From an uncultured Chloroflexia bacterium (GTDB lineage: Bacteria > Chloroflexota > Anaerolineae > Anaerolineales > RBG-16-64-43): a DNA stretch of 64,000 nt. Location: contig CAWADT010000013.1 in assembly GCA_963780865.1 (NCBI GenBank), positions 157,189 through 221,188 on the forward strand, given 5' to 3'. Position numbers and translations under genes: made by a program. Under the pieces are notes generated by a model. The model made no database searches and was not told where the DNA came from. It was given only the letters and a program-made list of their open reading frames with translations. This document shows positions 39,844-49,523 of this stretch, in pieces. Every line of letters begins with the position of its first letter. Positions within the stretch are counted from its first letter, which is position 1.

Positions 39844-41241
39844 ATGGACGTTTCCGCAACGGTACGGGAATATATCCAAGAGTTGCATCTGCTCTCCCCG
39901 CAGCAAACGGTCCTGGCAGCCGTTTCCGGCGGAGCGGATAGTCTTTGCCTGTTGCTGCTGTTAAAGGAATTGGGGTTTTTGGTTTCTGTCGCACATTTTG
40001 ACCACGGGCTGCGGCCGGAAAGCGCGCGCGACGCGGAAATCGTAGCGGGCTTTGCCGGGAAGGTGGGGGTCGGCTTCTATGTTGAACGCGGCGAAGTGCG
40101 TACATGGGCAAAACAAAACCGGATGACGCTGGAAGAAGCGGCGCGGGATCTGCGCTACGGTTTTTTTGCGCGGACGGCGGCCGCCTGCGGCGCCGCGGTC
40201 GTCGCCGTCGGGCATACCGCGGACGATCAAGCCGAAACCGTCCTGATGCATCTGGTGCGCGGGTCTGGGCTTCAAGGGCTGTGCGGAATCCGCCCGGACA
40301 CCGCTTCGCGCGGCGTTCGCATCGTCCGCCCGTTGCTCAGGCTATCGCACGCGGAAACCGTGGAATATTGCCGCCGCTCCGGCTGGCTGCCGCTCGAGGA
40401 TCCGAGCAATCGCGATCCGTCCTTTGCGCGCAACCGCATCCGCAGCGGGTTGATCCCGGGTTTAAGGGGGTACAACCCGCAGATCGTCCCTGTCCTTTGC
40501 CGCCTGGCTGAAATCGCTGCGGCGCAAACGGAACTTCTGGATCAGGCGACGGACGAATTCTGGAACCGTTACCTCCTGCCGCCGGACGACGGCGCTGTGC
40601 GGATCGACCGCGCCGCGTTTAATCTGAGCCCGTTGGCCGTGCGCCAGGCGATCATCCGCCGCGCGGTGGCGGAGATTGCCGGGACGCTGCGCGATCTGGC
40701 TTTCCGCCACGTGAACCGGGCGATCGAATTTTCAATCCGCCCCACGTCCACCCGCCGCATGAACCTGGCGCTTGGGATCGATGCGTCGATCGAATCGCAA
40801 GCGCTGGTGCTTCGCAATCACGAAACCAGCCCAATGCCGCCCCCGTGGGAGAAGACTCCGCTTCCGGTTCCGGGTGCCGTGGCCATCCGCCGCCCGGAAT
40901 GGAAGTTTCAGATCGCAGGAAGGGAAGCCTCGGAAAAAACCATCGGCGTGGTGAAGGATTTATGGACCATCCAAATCGATGCCGACAAAATCCGCCTTCC
41001 GCTATTTCTCCGGAAGCGGGAGCCGGGTGACCAATTCTTCCCGGCCGGAATGGCCCGCGCGGTGAAACTAAATGATTTCCTGGCCGCGCACCATCTCCCC
41101 CGGGCAGAAAGAGACCTTTGGCCGTTGGTGTGCGACGGCGAAGGGATCCTCTGGATCCCGGGATTCCGCCTCCGCCAGGGAGCCGCCGCCTCAGTGCGAT
41201 CGGCTGGATGGGTGGAGATTTCCGTCGACCGGGGGCTGTAG
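39844..41241 (+). CDS. tilS: tRNA(Ile)-lysidine synthetase
   Basis: 465 aa with the PP-loop VLAAVSGGADSLCLL, then GHTADDQAETVLM, and a C-terminal TilS domain. Confidence 0.9.
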   Translation: MDVSATVREYIQELHLLSPQQTVLAAVSGGADSLCLLLLLKELGFLVSVAHFDHGLRPESARDAEIVAGFAGKVGVGFYVERGEVRTWAKQNRMTLEEAARDLRYGFFARTAAACGAAVVAVGHTADDQAETVLMHLVRGSGLQGLCGIRPDTASRGVRIVRPLLRLSHAETVEYCRRSGWLPLEDPSNRDPSFARNRIRSGLIPGLRGYNPQIVPVLCRLAEIAAAQTELLDQATDEFWNRYLLPPDDGAVRIDRAAFNLSPLAVRQAIIRRAVAEIAGTLRDLAFRHVNRAIEFSIRPTSTRRMNLALGIDASIESQALVLRNHETSPMPPPWEKTPLPVPGAVAIRRPEWKFQIAGREASEKTIGVVKDLWTIQIDADKIRLPLFLRKREPGDQFFPAGMARAVKLNDFLAAHHLPRAERDLWPLVCDGEGILWIPGFRLRQGAAASVRSAGWVEISVDRGL

Positions 41242-41290
41242 ATTTGTCAGGGGGATTCCATTGATCCTGCCAACCGTTTAATTAGAAGTA

Positions 41291-41332
41291 AATAAAACCG
41301 GGGTGTGAACTCTGCCCAGTTCCTCACCCCGG
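41291..41332 (-). terminator. Probable rho-independent terminator of the Zn-ribbon/H1-like gene
   Basis: On the minus strand CCGGGGTGAGGAAC...GTTCACACCCCGG is followed by TTTTATT, and it lies about 57 nt after the stop. Confidence 0.55.
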
Positions 41333-41388
41333 AAAAATAAAACGCTGTTGCAGGTAGGAGGTTTTTTTCGACCGGATTTCCAACCGAC

Positions 41389-41877
41389 TTACCGCTTTCC
41401 CTTTTTCTTGGCGGTTTTCTTTGCGGCTTTCTTTGCAGGTTTCTTGGCAGCCTTCTTGGCGGCCTTCTTTGGGGCTTTCTTGACGGCTTTGCGGACGACT
41501 TTCTTGGCGGGCTTCCGAACGACCGGCTTCTTGACTGCCGGGGCGGGAGCCGGAACGACTACGGGAGCCGGAACGGGGGTCATCGGAGCCGTCGGCTCGA
41601 CAGGCGGAAAAGGAGCAGGTGTTTCGTTCATAGTCTTCTTGTCCTCCTTCAAAGGTTGATTGCTTATAGAGGCCGGAGATGCGGCCGGGGCATTAATGGG
41701 TGCATGATGGCGCAATTGGTCCACGGGAATTTTCAGCGCTTTGCGGCATCGTGGGCAGTGTTCGACGTGATGCCTGGCCTGAGTGGCATCCGCGACGGCG
41801 AGGGCAGCCGCCACCGCTTCGGGACTCATTTGAAATGCCCAGCTGCAATACTGGCACCTCCAAGAAAAAGCTGACAT
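41389..41877 (-). CDS. Zn-ribbon protein with a Pro-rich linker and a histone-H1-like Lys/Ala-rich C-terminal tail
   Basis: The ATG at 41877 lies 6 nt after AGGAGG. The N-terminus has CQYC...(33 aa)...CPRC, followed by PAPFPPVEPTAPMTPVPAPVVVPAPAP and then KKPVVRKPAKKVVRKAVKKAPKKAAKKAAKKPAKKAAKKTAKKKGKR. Confidence 0.6.
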   Translation of the reverse strand: MSAFSWRCQYCSWAFQMSPEAVAAALAVADATQARHHVEHCPRCRKALKIPVDQLRHHAPINAPAASPASISNQPLKEDKKTMNETPAPFPPVEPTAPMTPVPAPVVVPAPAPAVKKPVVRKPAKKVVRKAVKKAPKKAAKKAAKKPAKKAAKKTAKKKGKR

Positions 41878-41898
41878 CAATGCCTCCTATTCGTTTCT

Positions 41899-41927
41899 AA
41901 TATACAGAATATTTTAAAGAAATGCAA
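41899..41927 (-). promoter_or_regulatory. Candidate promoter of the Zn-ribbon/H1-like gene
   Basis: Minus strand reads TTGCAT (41927-41922), a 17-nt spacer, then TATATT (41904-41899). Confidence 0.45.
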
Positions 41928-42184
41928 ATGCTTTTGGAAGTTGTTCGCTCCACGTCAAGCGCGACTCGATCGACGGCGGAGCGGTTCCGCAATGGTCGTT
42001 TGGTTGACGATTGCGGCAGGCGCGCCGCCCGGGGATGGCGAAAGCGCTCGGTCAAACTGAACTCTCGCGTTCATGAAAACGGCCGCGCATCCTCCGGCCG
42101 GCGGCCGGGGCAAACATTAAAATTATTTGAATTGCATTGGTGGAGAGAATCAAGGTCATACCCTACCAATTGTGTCCGATTTTC

Positions 42185-42213
42185 TTGACAAGCAATTGGT
42201 TAGCCGATACAAT
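42185..42213 (+). promoter_or_regulatory. Candidate sigma70-type promoter of sod, with its -35 bracketed by an 8-bp inverted repeat
   Basis: TTGACA (42185-42190), a 17-nt spacer, then TACAAT (42208-42213). The arms accaattg (42165-42172) and caattggt (42193-42200) flank the -35. Confidence 0.5.
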
Positions 42214-42300
42214 CACTTTTGTTGGACCCTAAATTCCTCATCGGGTGTTTCCAATTCACTTGGCTGGGACGAACTTCATCGAGGGAAAGGAAGGATAACC

Positions 42301-42906
42301 ATGGCCCATGAACTTCCCGCTCTGGCATACGAGTACAACGCGTTGGAACCCTTTATTGATGAACAAACCCTCCGATTGCACCACGACAAACACCATAAAG
42401 CCTATGTGGATGGTCTGAACAACGCCGAAGCCAAATTGCAGGAGGCGCGCGAGAAGGCCGATTTCGCGCTTGTAAAACATTGGACTCGCGAGCTGGCCTT
42501 CCACGGATCCGGCCACATCCTTCATTCCTTATATTGGACCATCATGGCGCCCAGCGGAAAGGGCGGGGGCGGAAAACCGGAAGGCGATCTGCTCCGGCGA
42601 TTGGAAATGGATTTCGGATCCTACGATGTGTTTTCCAAACAATTCAGCGCCACCGCCGTGGCCGTCGAGGGTTCCGGCTGGGCGGTCCTGGCGGCTTCGC
42701 CCCTGGCGAAAAAACTGGAAATTTTTGCGGTGGAAAAGCATCAGGATCTCACCCAGTGGGGGTGCGTTCCCGTGTTGACGGTAGACGTCTGGGAGCACGC
42801 GTATTATCTAAAATATCAAAACCGCCGCGCCGATTACGTCAACGCCTGGTGGAACGTGGTCAATTGGCCGGAAGTGGCCAAACGCTGGGCAGCGACGGGA
42901 CGGTAA
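42301..42906 (+). CDS. sodA: Fe/Mn superoxide dismutase
   Basis: Internal start MAHELPALAYEYNALEPFIDEQTLRLHHDKHH. The motif DVWEHAYYLKYQNRR is present. Metal specificity cannot be determined from the sequence. Confidence 0.93.
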   Translation: MAHELPALAYEYNALEPFIDEQTLRLHHDKHHKAYVDGLNNAEAKLQEAREKADFALVKHWTRELAFHGSGHILHSLYWTIMAPSGKGGGGKPEGDLLRRLEMDFGSYDVFSKQFSATAVAVEGSGWAVLAASPLAKKLEIFAVEKHQDLTQWGCVPVLTVDVWEHAYYLKYQNRRADYVNAWWNVVNWPEVAKRWAATGR

Positions 42907-42991
42907 GAAATAAAGACCGCGCCGGGTTGGATCCTGGCGGAACCCCGCGCGCAATCCATTCGTTTTCATTCCCGCAACAAGGAGACCTCTC

Positions 42992-43387
42992 ATGACGCAT
43001 GTGATTACCAGTTTGTGCCTGCGCGACGGCGGATGCAAAGATGTTTGTCCGGTGGAGTGCATAATTCCCGGAAAGCCGGAATCGGATTGGCCGTGGTATT
43101 ACATCGATCCGGATACCTGCATCGATTGCGGCGCGTGTGTTGCCGAATGCCCGTTGGAGGCGATTTTCCCGCAGGATGATGTTCCGTCGGCGCTCGCGGC
43201 CAAGGAAGGCCAGCGGCTTTCCCGGCCGGAAGGCATGGCCGTTTACGACGGTATCGATCATTATAAGAAGCCGGTTCATCTGGACCATACGGTCATCCTC
43301 AAGGCTGGTCAGGCCGTGGATCTGCGACCGGATACCGCCGGGAATGCAAAATTTTTCAAGACGGGTCCGGGGTATTCCGCCAAATAG
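42992..43387 (+). CDS. 7Fe-type ([3Fe-4S][4Fe-4S]) ferredoxin with a C-terminal extension
   Basis: Motifs CLRDGGCKDVCPVEC and CIDCGACVAECP are present. About 70 extra residues lie C-terminal to the ferredoxin core. Confidence 0.85.
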   Translation: MTHVITSLCLRDGGCKDVCPVECIIPGKPESDWPWYYIDPDTCIDCGACVAECPLEAIFPQDDVPSALAAKEGQRLSRPEGMAVYDGIDHYKKPVHLDHTVILKAGQAVDLRPDTAGNAKFFKTGPGYSAK

Positions 43388-43394
43388 TTGAAAA

Positions 43395-44867
43395 ATGGGA
43401 GCCGCAAACGGCTCCCATTTGATTCAGGAGACTGGGATCGTGGAGATTCGCGTCGAAAAGGATTCCCTGGGCGAGGTTCGCGTGCCTGCGGCGGCACTTT
43501 ACGGCGCACAGACGCAGCGCGCGGTCGAGAATTTCACAGTCACCGGGCGTCGCCCGTATCGGGCGTTCATCTGGTCGGTGGCGGTCATCAAACGCGCCGC
43601 CGCAGTGGTCAACGCCGAACTGGGGCTCCTCGATGGCGCGAAGGCTTCGGCCATCGCGCAAGCGGCCGGGGAAACGGCGGATGGCCAATGGGATGCGGAA
43701 TTTGTGGTTGACCCGATCCAGGCGGGGGCGGGAACCAGCCATAACATGAACGCCAACGAGGTTATCGCCAACCGCGCTACCCAATTGATGGGCGGGACGC
43801 TCGGAGAATACCGCGTGCGGCCGAACGATGATGTGAACATGGCCCAATCCACCAACGACGTCATTCCCTGCGCCATCCGATTGGGAATCCTCTGGCGATT
43901 GGAGGAATTGTTGGCAGCGGTGGAGGGCTTGTCGAAGGCGTTTGCAGAAAAATCTGTCGAATTTGACACAATCGTAAAATCAGGGCGAACGCATTTGCAG
44001 GATGCGGTTCCCATTCGATTAGGGCAGGAAATGGGCGGCTACGCGAAGGCAATCGCCAGGGACGCGCTTCGCATCCGGACTGCCGGAACCACGCTTCTGC
44101 GTCTGGGAATTGGCGGTACGGCAACCGGAACCGGCCTCAACGCGCATCCCGAATTTCACTGCCGGATGGTTGCCCAAATCGCAAAACTCACCGGGTTCCC
44201 CGTCGAGCCCTCCGACAACCTGTTTAAATCCATGCAATCCATGGCGGACGTGGCGCATTTTTCCGCCTCGTTGCGAACCCTGGCCATTACGTTGACCCGA
44301 ATTGCCAACGACCTGCGGCTGCTTTCTTCCGGACCGAGCTCCGGCCTGGACGAGATCCGTTTTCCGCCCATGCAGCCGGGTTCATCGATCATGCCGGGGA
44401 AAATCAACCCGGTGATGGCCGAGATGCTGAATATGGCCATGATCCACGTCGTCGGCCTGGATGCGGCCGTGGCCCTGGCCTCGCAGGCGGGCCAATTGGA
44501 GCTCAACGTGATGATGCCCATCATCGCCCAGGAAATCTTCGAGATGATGCAGGTGAGCATAGGCGCGATCCGCGCTTTTACGGAGAAGGGGGTGAAGGGC
44601 CTGGCCGCCAACCCGTCCAAAGCGGCGGCCTGGCTGGAACGGAACGCGATCATCGCCACGGCGCTCAACCCGTTGATCGGCTACGCGGCGGCCGCGGAAC
44701 TGGTCAAGGAAGCCGTTCGGCAGAATCGTTCCATCCGCGAACTGGCGTTGGAACAAGCGCGGGCGGGAAAGCTATCGCAGAAAGACGGGGGACGGAAAGT
44801 CACCGCCGCGGATATTGAATCGGCGCTGGGGAATCTTCGCAAGATGACGGATGGGGGTCTGCTTTAA
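43395..44867 (+). CDS. aspA: Aspartate ammonia-lyase (fumarase/aspartase superfamily)
   Basis: Motifs GSSIMPGKINPVMAE, VVDPIQAGAGTSHNMNANEVIANRA and QLELNVMMP match the aspartase pattern rather than the FumC pattern (NPTQCE). An alternative start is the GTG at 43440, 9 nt after AGGAG. Confidence 0.8.
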   Translation: MGAANGSHLIQETGIVEIRVEKDSLGEVRVPAAALYGAQTQRAVENFTVTGRRPYRAFIWSVAVIKRAAAVVNAELGLLDGAKASAIAQAAGETADGQWDAEFVVDPIQAGAGTSHNMNANEVIANRATQLMGGTLGEYRVRPNDDVNMAQSTNDVIPCAIRLGILWRLEELLAAVEGLSKAFAEKSVEFDTIVKSGRTHLQDAVPIRLGQEMGGYAKAIARDALRIRTAGTTLLRLGIGGTATGTGLNAHPEFHCRMVAQIAKLTGFPVEPSDNLFKSMQSMADVAHFSASLRTLAITLTRIANDLRLLSSGPSSGLDEIRFPPMQPGSSIMPGKINPVMAEMLNMAMIHVVGLDAAVALASQAGQLELNVMMPIIAQEIFEMMQVSIGAIRAFTEKGVKGLAANPSKAAAWLERNAIIATALNPLIGYAAAAELVKEAVRQNRSIRELALEQARAGKLSQKDGGRKVTAADIESALGNLRKMTDGGLL

Positions 44868-44990
44868 AATAAAGACGGCAACGGTGCGCTTCAGTGGCGC
44901 CGACCTTGAGCATTGCAAAGGGGTAGAGCACACAAGTTTGGCGTAGTTGGCTGCGCGCAGCACGTCCGCTGCAAGCGCGGGGAAGTCAAT

Positions 44991-46568
44991 CTAGCCCTTC
45001 TTCGGAAACTGCTCATTTTGCGTCCAGGCAACCACCCGATTTCTGCCTTGCCCTTTGGCAAGATATAGAGCCTGGTCTGCGCAATTAATCAGGACGTCAA
45101 GGGAAACCGCTTGACCAGGATTGGTCCACGCCAAACCAAGACTAACGGTTACCTTGACGTCCGAGTGCCCTACGCGAATTGCCTGTTGGGCAACCACCCG
45201 GCGTATTCGCTCCGCGATCTTCAAGCATTGATCTGAATTTGCGTCGCTCACCAAAACCACAAACTCTTCGCCGCCGTAGCGTCCGGCAACATCTCCTCCC
45301 CGGAGAGATTTTTTTATGCTCGCTGCGACGGCTGATAGAATCTCATCCCCAACCTTGTGGCCGAATTGGTCGTTCACATCCTTGAAGTGATCAATATCCA
45401 GCATGACGATCGCAAGTTGGCCTTTCTCGCTTGTTGCGCGCTGGAGGGCAATCTCAGCGATTTCCAGGAAATGCCGTCGGTTGACGAGATTGGTTAATGA
45501 ATCGGTTCCGGCCAACTCGCGATAGAGTTCCGCCTCTTTGCGTGCATTCTCGACTTGATTGAGAATTTCAAGGTTTTTGACCCGACGGTCGGACCTGTCG
45601 TTAAAGACCTTCTGATGAGCCGTGTGGAAGGCTTCGAAATGATCCAGGGCAGATTTGTAATCCTGTTTTCCTTTATAGACCCCGACCAGGCGCTCATGGA
45701 TCAGGGATATATTGGTCTGCGAATTTATCTCTTCGGCGAGATGTAGGGCCACGAGCAACTCATGTTCGGCCCGGTCTAGATTGCCATCGATCTGGTGAAT
45801 GCGGCTGATTTCAGAGACATACGTTAGCTCAAGAAGCTGGCTTTTATTCTTGCGCGATAATTCGAGACCCTCCTGCAAATAGGTCATGGCCAGCGCATAA
45901 TTTCTGAGGGCAAAATGGATGGCGCCCAATGAATGCAGGGTGTGCAATTTCCCAACGTACGCTCCCATTCCGTTGAACAAAGCGAGCGCCGCCGCGGCAT
46001 ACTCAACGGCCTCCCTGTCGCGTCCGAGCATATGCAAGACGTAGGCAATGTTGTTGTTTGCGTCAGCCCGGCCGGTGAGATCTTCTGCGCTCGCTTTCTG
46101 CAGGCACGCTTTAAAGTACCCCAGCGATTCGACATAATTTTCCAATCCATATTGGACCATTCCCAGGCCATTGATTAATGATATTTCCAAATCGGGGTGA
46201 TGTTCCTTTTGAACCAACTTCAGCGCGTTGAGATAGTAATCCATCGCGGCGGGATAATCATCGATGTGCCAATGAATTCTTCCCAATAAACTTTGAATTT
46301 GGCCGATCAGATATTTATCGCCGATTTGTTCAGCCAGTTGATTGGCCCTTAACCCGACGGGGAGGGCTTCCTCCGGTTTGCTGAGCATATCCAGGCAATA
46401 GGTCTGGGTTTTCAGGCATTCAAATTCATCTCTGGGCTGTGCGTCGTCGCATCTGGACAGCAGGTTTTGGGCCTGTTTGGCCAATTGGAATGCTTGGGGA
46501 CCGTCCTTTTTGGACAGATCCCAAGCTTGCTGGTTTAGCCTTCTAATCTTCTCGAGTTTGTTGCTCAT
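44991..46568 (-). CDS. TPR-repeat protein with a C-terminal GGDEF diguanylate cyclase domain
   Basis: 525 aa with N-terminal TPR-like repeats. The C-terminal part reads DSLTNLVNRRHF...DIDHFKDVND..GHKVGDE...RYGGEEFVVLV. The gene looks more AT-rich than its neighbours by eye. Confidence 0.85.
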   Translation of the reverse strand: MSNKLEKIRRLNQQAWDLSKKDGPQAFQLAKQAQNLLSRCDDAQPRDEFECLKTQTYCLDMLSKPEEALPVGLRANQLAEQIGDKYLIGQIQSLLGRIHWHIDDYPAAMDYYLNALKLVQKEHHPDLEISLINGLGMVQYGLENYVESLGYFKACLQKASAEDLTGRADANNNIAYVLHMLGRDREAVEYAAAALALFNGMGAYVGKLHTLHSLGAIHFALRNYALAMTYLQEGLELSRKNKSQLLELTYVSEISRIHQIDGNLDRAEHELLVALHLAEEINSQTNISLIHERLVGVYKGKQDYKSALDHFEAFHTAHQKVFNDRSDRRVKNLEILNQVENARKEAELYRELAGTDSLTNLVNRRHFLEIAEIALQRATSEKGQLAIVMLDIDHFKDVNDQFGHKVGDEILSAVAASIKKSLRGGDVAGRYGGEEFVVLVSDANSDQCLKIAERIRRVVAQQAIRVGHSDVKVTVSLGLAWTNPGQAVSLDVLINCADQALYLAKGQGRNRVVAWTQNEQFPKKG

Positions 46569-46918
46569 GAATTGATCACCGATATTACGGGAGTGACCTT
46601 GAATGAGAATCGAAAAGCTTCAACTTGACAGCGAAAAACACTGTCATCCCATGGCATGTATTTCAAATAATCAGATATGAGCGCCCAACGAATGGCGGTC
46701 TAGCCAAGCGGCCATCGCCGTTATGCAATTAGCATTCTAGCAGGAATTCTAAAACGGTAAATGAGCGTTTTCGCTCTGAGCTTTGGTTTAGCCGGTGGCA
46801 GCCGCGGGTTGGGCCTTTTTTCCAATATTTTCAACTTTAATTGTCAAATAAGTTATTATGTACTATATCGATGGCTTGACGCGGCTGATCCGAATACATG
46901 AATTGGAGGGAGGTTCCA

Positions 46919-47197
46919 ATGACAAGGTTTCTAATTGAAGTTGCCCATGAGAATAAAAAGGAAGCGTGCGATCGCGCGGTTCGGATGTTCATGGAGACTG
47001 GTTCGCATTTTATGACCAATGCCGATTGGGGATGCAGCGATAACGTTCACAAGACTTGGTTCATCATGGAGGCAGAGACCAAAGAAGAAGCGCAATCGAT
47101 ATTACCACCGCTCTTTCGTCATGATGCTAAGATCATTGCTTTGCAGAAATTTCGAATAGAGGATTTTTATGAGACGAGGAAGCAACATGAGGATTAG
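46919..47197 (+). CDS. Hypothetical small protein
   Basis: The ATG at 46919 (MTRFLIEVAHENKKEA...) lies 6 nt after GGAGGGAGG. It encodes 92 aa in an AT-rich context. No family recognised. Confidence 0.45.
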   Translation: MTRFLIEVAHENKKEACDRAVRMFMETGSHFMTNADWGCSDNVHKTWFIMEAETKEEAQSILPPLFRHDAKIIALQKFRIEDFYETRKQHED

Positions 47198-47443
47198 CGA
47201 TGGAGAATCCGAACGCTACGATCCGAAGAGGTTAATTATTTAATTCCCGTAATTAATTGGCCGCCGCGTAAACAGATCGCTCACTTTGTATTGCGGTTTC
47301 TGTGGCGCACGCAACCGCTGGCTCCCATTGAATTACAGATGAAATAAAAAATGTTTTGAGGCCCAACGATGCATTCAATGGAGGACCGTTAGCCGGAGGT
47401 TGAAAACCCTAATAACCTCGCCCGATATTATTCGTTCCGCAGA

Positions 47444-48193
47444 TCAACCGCTCGGCAAGAGCCCGATACTGCCGTCGGGCAAGCTCCACGGAATCACATC
47501 GTCCTGAATGTGGAATTGCACAGCCCCCTGAAGATACGGGCCGCGTTGTTTGCATTCCGCCACGAGCAGATCCGGAGGGAGGCTCGAAAGAAGATGGTCC
47601 GGCTGCAAACCAGACAGGGCCAATTCGCTTAAGCACGGACCGGACGCAAATAGCGATTTAACGACCCTCAATTGCGTCCGCAGGCCTTCGAGCGGGTCCG
47701 CCGCGTTACCGGAAAGGAAGTTCGACAAATCCTGGCCACGCAAATATCTCCCGTCGATCGGCACCCCGCCCAGTCGATTGACCAGGACCAAGAAAGCCTG
47801 CCGGTCGAAGGCGACGCTGGTCGAAGGTTGCGGGAGGAGGGCAAGCTGGTACATCCGCGAAGGGGCGTCGAGCGGGTCGGCAAGAAAATCCCTCAGGACC
47901 GCCGGTTGCCCCTGAGTGGTCGTAATCACCATCGCCGGGGAAATCCCCTTAAAATCCGCGTTCCCATTCCCATCCAACGAGAGCACCCAGATGGATTCAA
48001 GCGCCGTGGGGGTTTGGATCGAATCGTACCCGAGAAAAACCAGCGTCAACGGAGGATTTTTCGTCTGCGCCATCGAGGGTAAACGACCGCCGGTGAACGA
48101 TCCCAATAAAATGCCGGCGATCAGGCAGGCGCCGATCACTAGTAAAAACGGGAGGATGCGAATTCCGGATTTGGGTTGCGTGTCCGCTTCCAT
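47444..48193 (-). CDS. Membrane-anchored hypothetical protein, possibly a divergent LytR-CpsA-Psr (LCP)-like domain
   Basis: An N-terminal TM segment (ILPFLLVIGACLIAGILLGSF) is present. The stretches LTLVFLGYDS...IWVLSLD and AFDRQAFLVLVNRLGGVPIDG resemble LCP core motifs, but only weakly. Confidence 0.4.
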   Translation of the reverse strand: MEADTQPKSGIRILPFLLVIGACLIAGILLGSFTGGRLPSMAQTKNPPLTLVFLGYDSIQTPTALESIWVLSLDGNGNADFKGISPAMVITTTQGQPAVLRDFLADPLDAPSRMYQLALLPQPSTSVAFDRQAFLVLVNRLGGVPIDGRYLRGQDLSNFLSGNAADPLEGLRTQLRVVKSLFASGPCLSELALSGLQPDHLLSSLPPDLLVAECKQRGPYLQGAVQFHIQDDVIPWSLPDGSIGLLPSG

Positions 48194-48235
48194 CGGTTCA
48201 AAACCCGCCCGGGGCTTCTGCGGCGGCGAGAAGTT

Positions 48236-49516
48236 CTACACCGCAACGCGCTGGATGCCGGCGCCCAGGGATTGGAGTTTCTCGTGAATGCGTTCGTATC
48301 CGCGGTCGATCTGGGAAATATTCCGGATTTTCGAAGTGCCCCTGGCCGCCAGAGCGGCCAGGATCAGCGACATGCCGGCGCGGATGTCGGGACTCTCCAA
48401 CTGCTCTCCGGCCAATTCGCTTCTTCCCTGCACGATCGCGCGGTGCGGATCGCAAAGGATGATCCGCGCGCCCATGCTGACCAGCTTGTCGGTGAAGTAC
48501 ATCCGGCCGGGGAACATCCAGTCGTGAAAGAGCACCGTCCCTTGGGCCTGGGTGGCTACGGTGATGGCGATGCTGGTCAGGTCGGTCGGAAAAGCCGGCC
48601 ACACGTTGGTTTTAATTTCCGGAATGGCTCCCCCCAGATCCTGCTCGATGATCATCTTTTGGCCGGCCGATACAAGGATATCCCCGCCGTCCACTTCCCA
48701 ATCCACCCCCAGCCGGTGGAATACGAGCCGGCTCATGGCCAGATGTTCCGGCTGGGCGCCCCGGATGCGGATCCTGCCCCCGGTAACCGCCGCGGCGCCG
48801 ATGAAACTGGCCACCTCCAGGTAATCCGTCCCCAGCGTGTATTCGCCGCCGTGAAGGCTTGTTGCTCCTTCGATTTTTAATACGTTGGAACCGATATGCA
48901 TGATCTTCGCGCCGAGCGAATTCAGGAATTCGCACAAGTCCTGGACGTGCGGTTCGGAGGCCGCGTTGCGGATGACCGTGTTCCCCTTGGCGAGCACCGA
49001 GGCCATGACGGCATTCTCCGTCGCGGTCACGCTGGCTTCGTCGAGCAGGATATCCGTTCCGATGAGACGGTCGGCCTTCATGTCGAACATGCGCCGGTAA
49101 GAAACTTCCGCTCCGAGTGAACGCAACGCCAGGATATGCGTATCCACCCGGCGCCGTCCGATGAAATCGCCCCCCGGTGTGGGAAGGCGGATTTTTCCCT
49201 TGCGGGCGAGCATCGGCCCGGCGAGCAAAATCGAGGCGCGCATCCTTCGGCAGGATTCCGGATCCAGGTCGGCGGGATGCACGTCGGCGGCGTGGATCCT
49301 CCACGAATGCGGGCCGACGGCGGAAAGCGAGATGCCCAATTGGCGGAGCAGATCCAGCATGGAATGCACGTCGCTGATATCCGGCACGTTGTGCAGGGTC
49401 ACCGGCTCGGCAGTCAATAAACACGCGGCGAGCATGGGCAGCGCGGCGTTTTTATTTCCCGACGGCGTCACTTCGCCCCGCAGGGGAATCTGACCTTCGA
49501 TAATCAACTGTTCCAT
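48236..49516 (-). CDS. murA: UDP-N-acetylglucosamine 1-carboxyvinyltransferase
   Basis: 426 aa with SGNKNAALPMLAACLL and the overall EPSP-synthase-like repeat pattern. It ends ...IDRGYERIHEKLQSLGAGIQRV. Confidence 0.95.
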   Translation of the reverse strand: MEQLIIEGQIPLRGEVTPSGNKNAALPMLAACLLTAEPVTLHNVPDISDVHSMLDLLRQLGISLSAVGPHSWRIHAADVHPADLDPESCRRMRASILLAGPMLARKGKIRLPTPGGDFIGRRRVDTHILALRSLGAEVSYRRMFDMKADRLIGTDILLDEASVTATENAVMASVLAKGNTVIRNAASEPHVQDLCEFLNSLGAKIMHIGSNVLKIEGATSLHGGEYTLGTDYLEVASFIGAAAVTGGRIRIRGAQPEHLAMSRLVFHRLGVDWEVDGGDILVSAGQKMIIEQDLGGAIPEIKTNVWPAFPTDLTSIAITVATQAQGTVLFHDWMFPGRMYFTDKLVSMGARIILCDPHRAIVQGRSELAGEQLESPDIRAGMSLILAALAARGTSKIRNISQIDRGYERIHEKLQSLGAGIQRVAV

Positions 49517-49523
49517 GAATGCC

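Noticed and set aside
41348-41659. 103-aa plus-strand ORF rich in Phe, Ala and Gly
   Set aside because: It is the antisense reading of the AKK-repeat tail of the minus-strand gene. It is a product of the repeat, not a gene.
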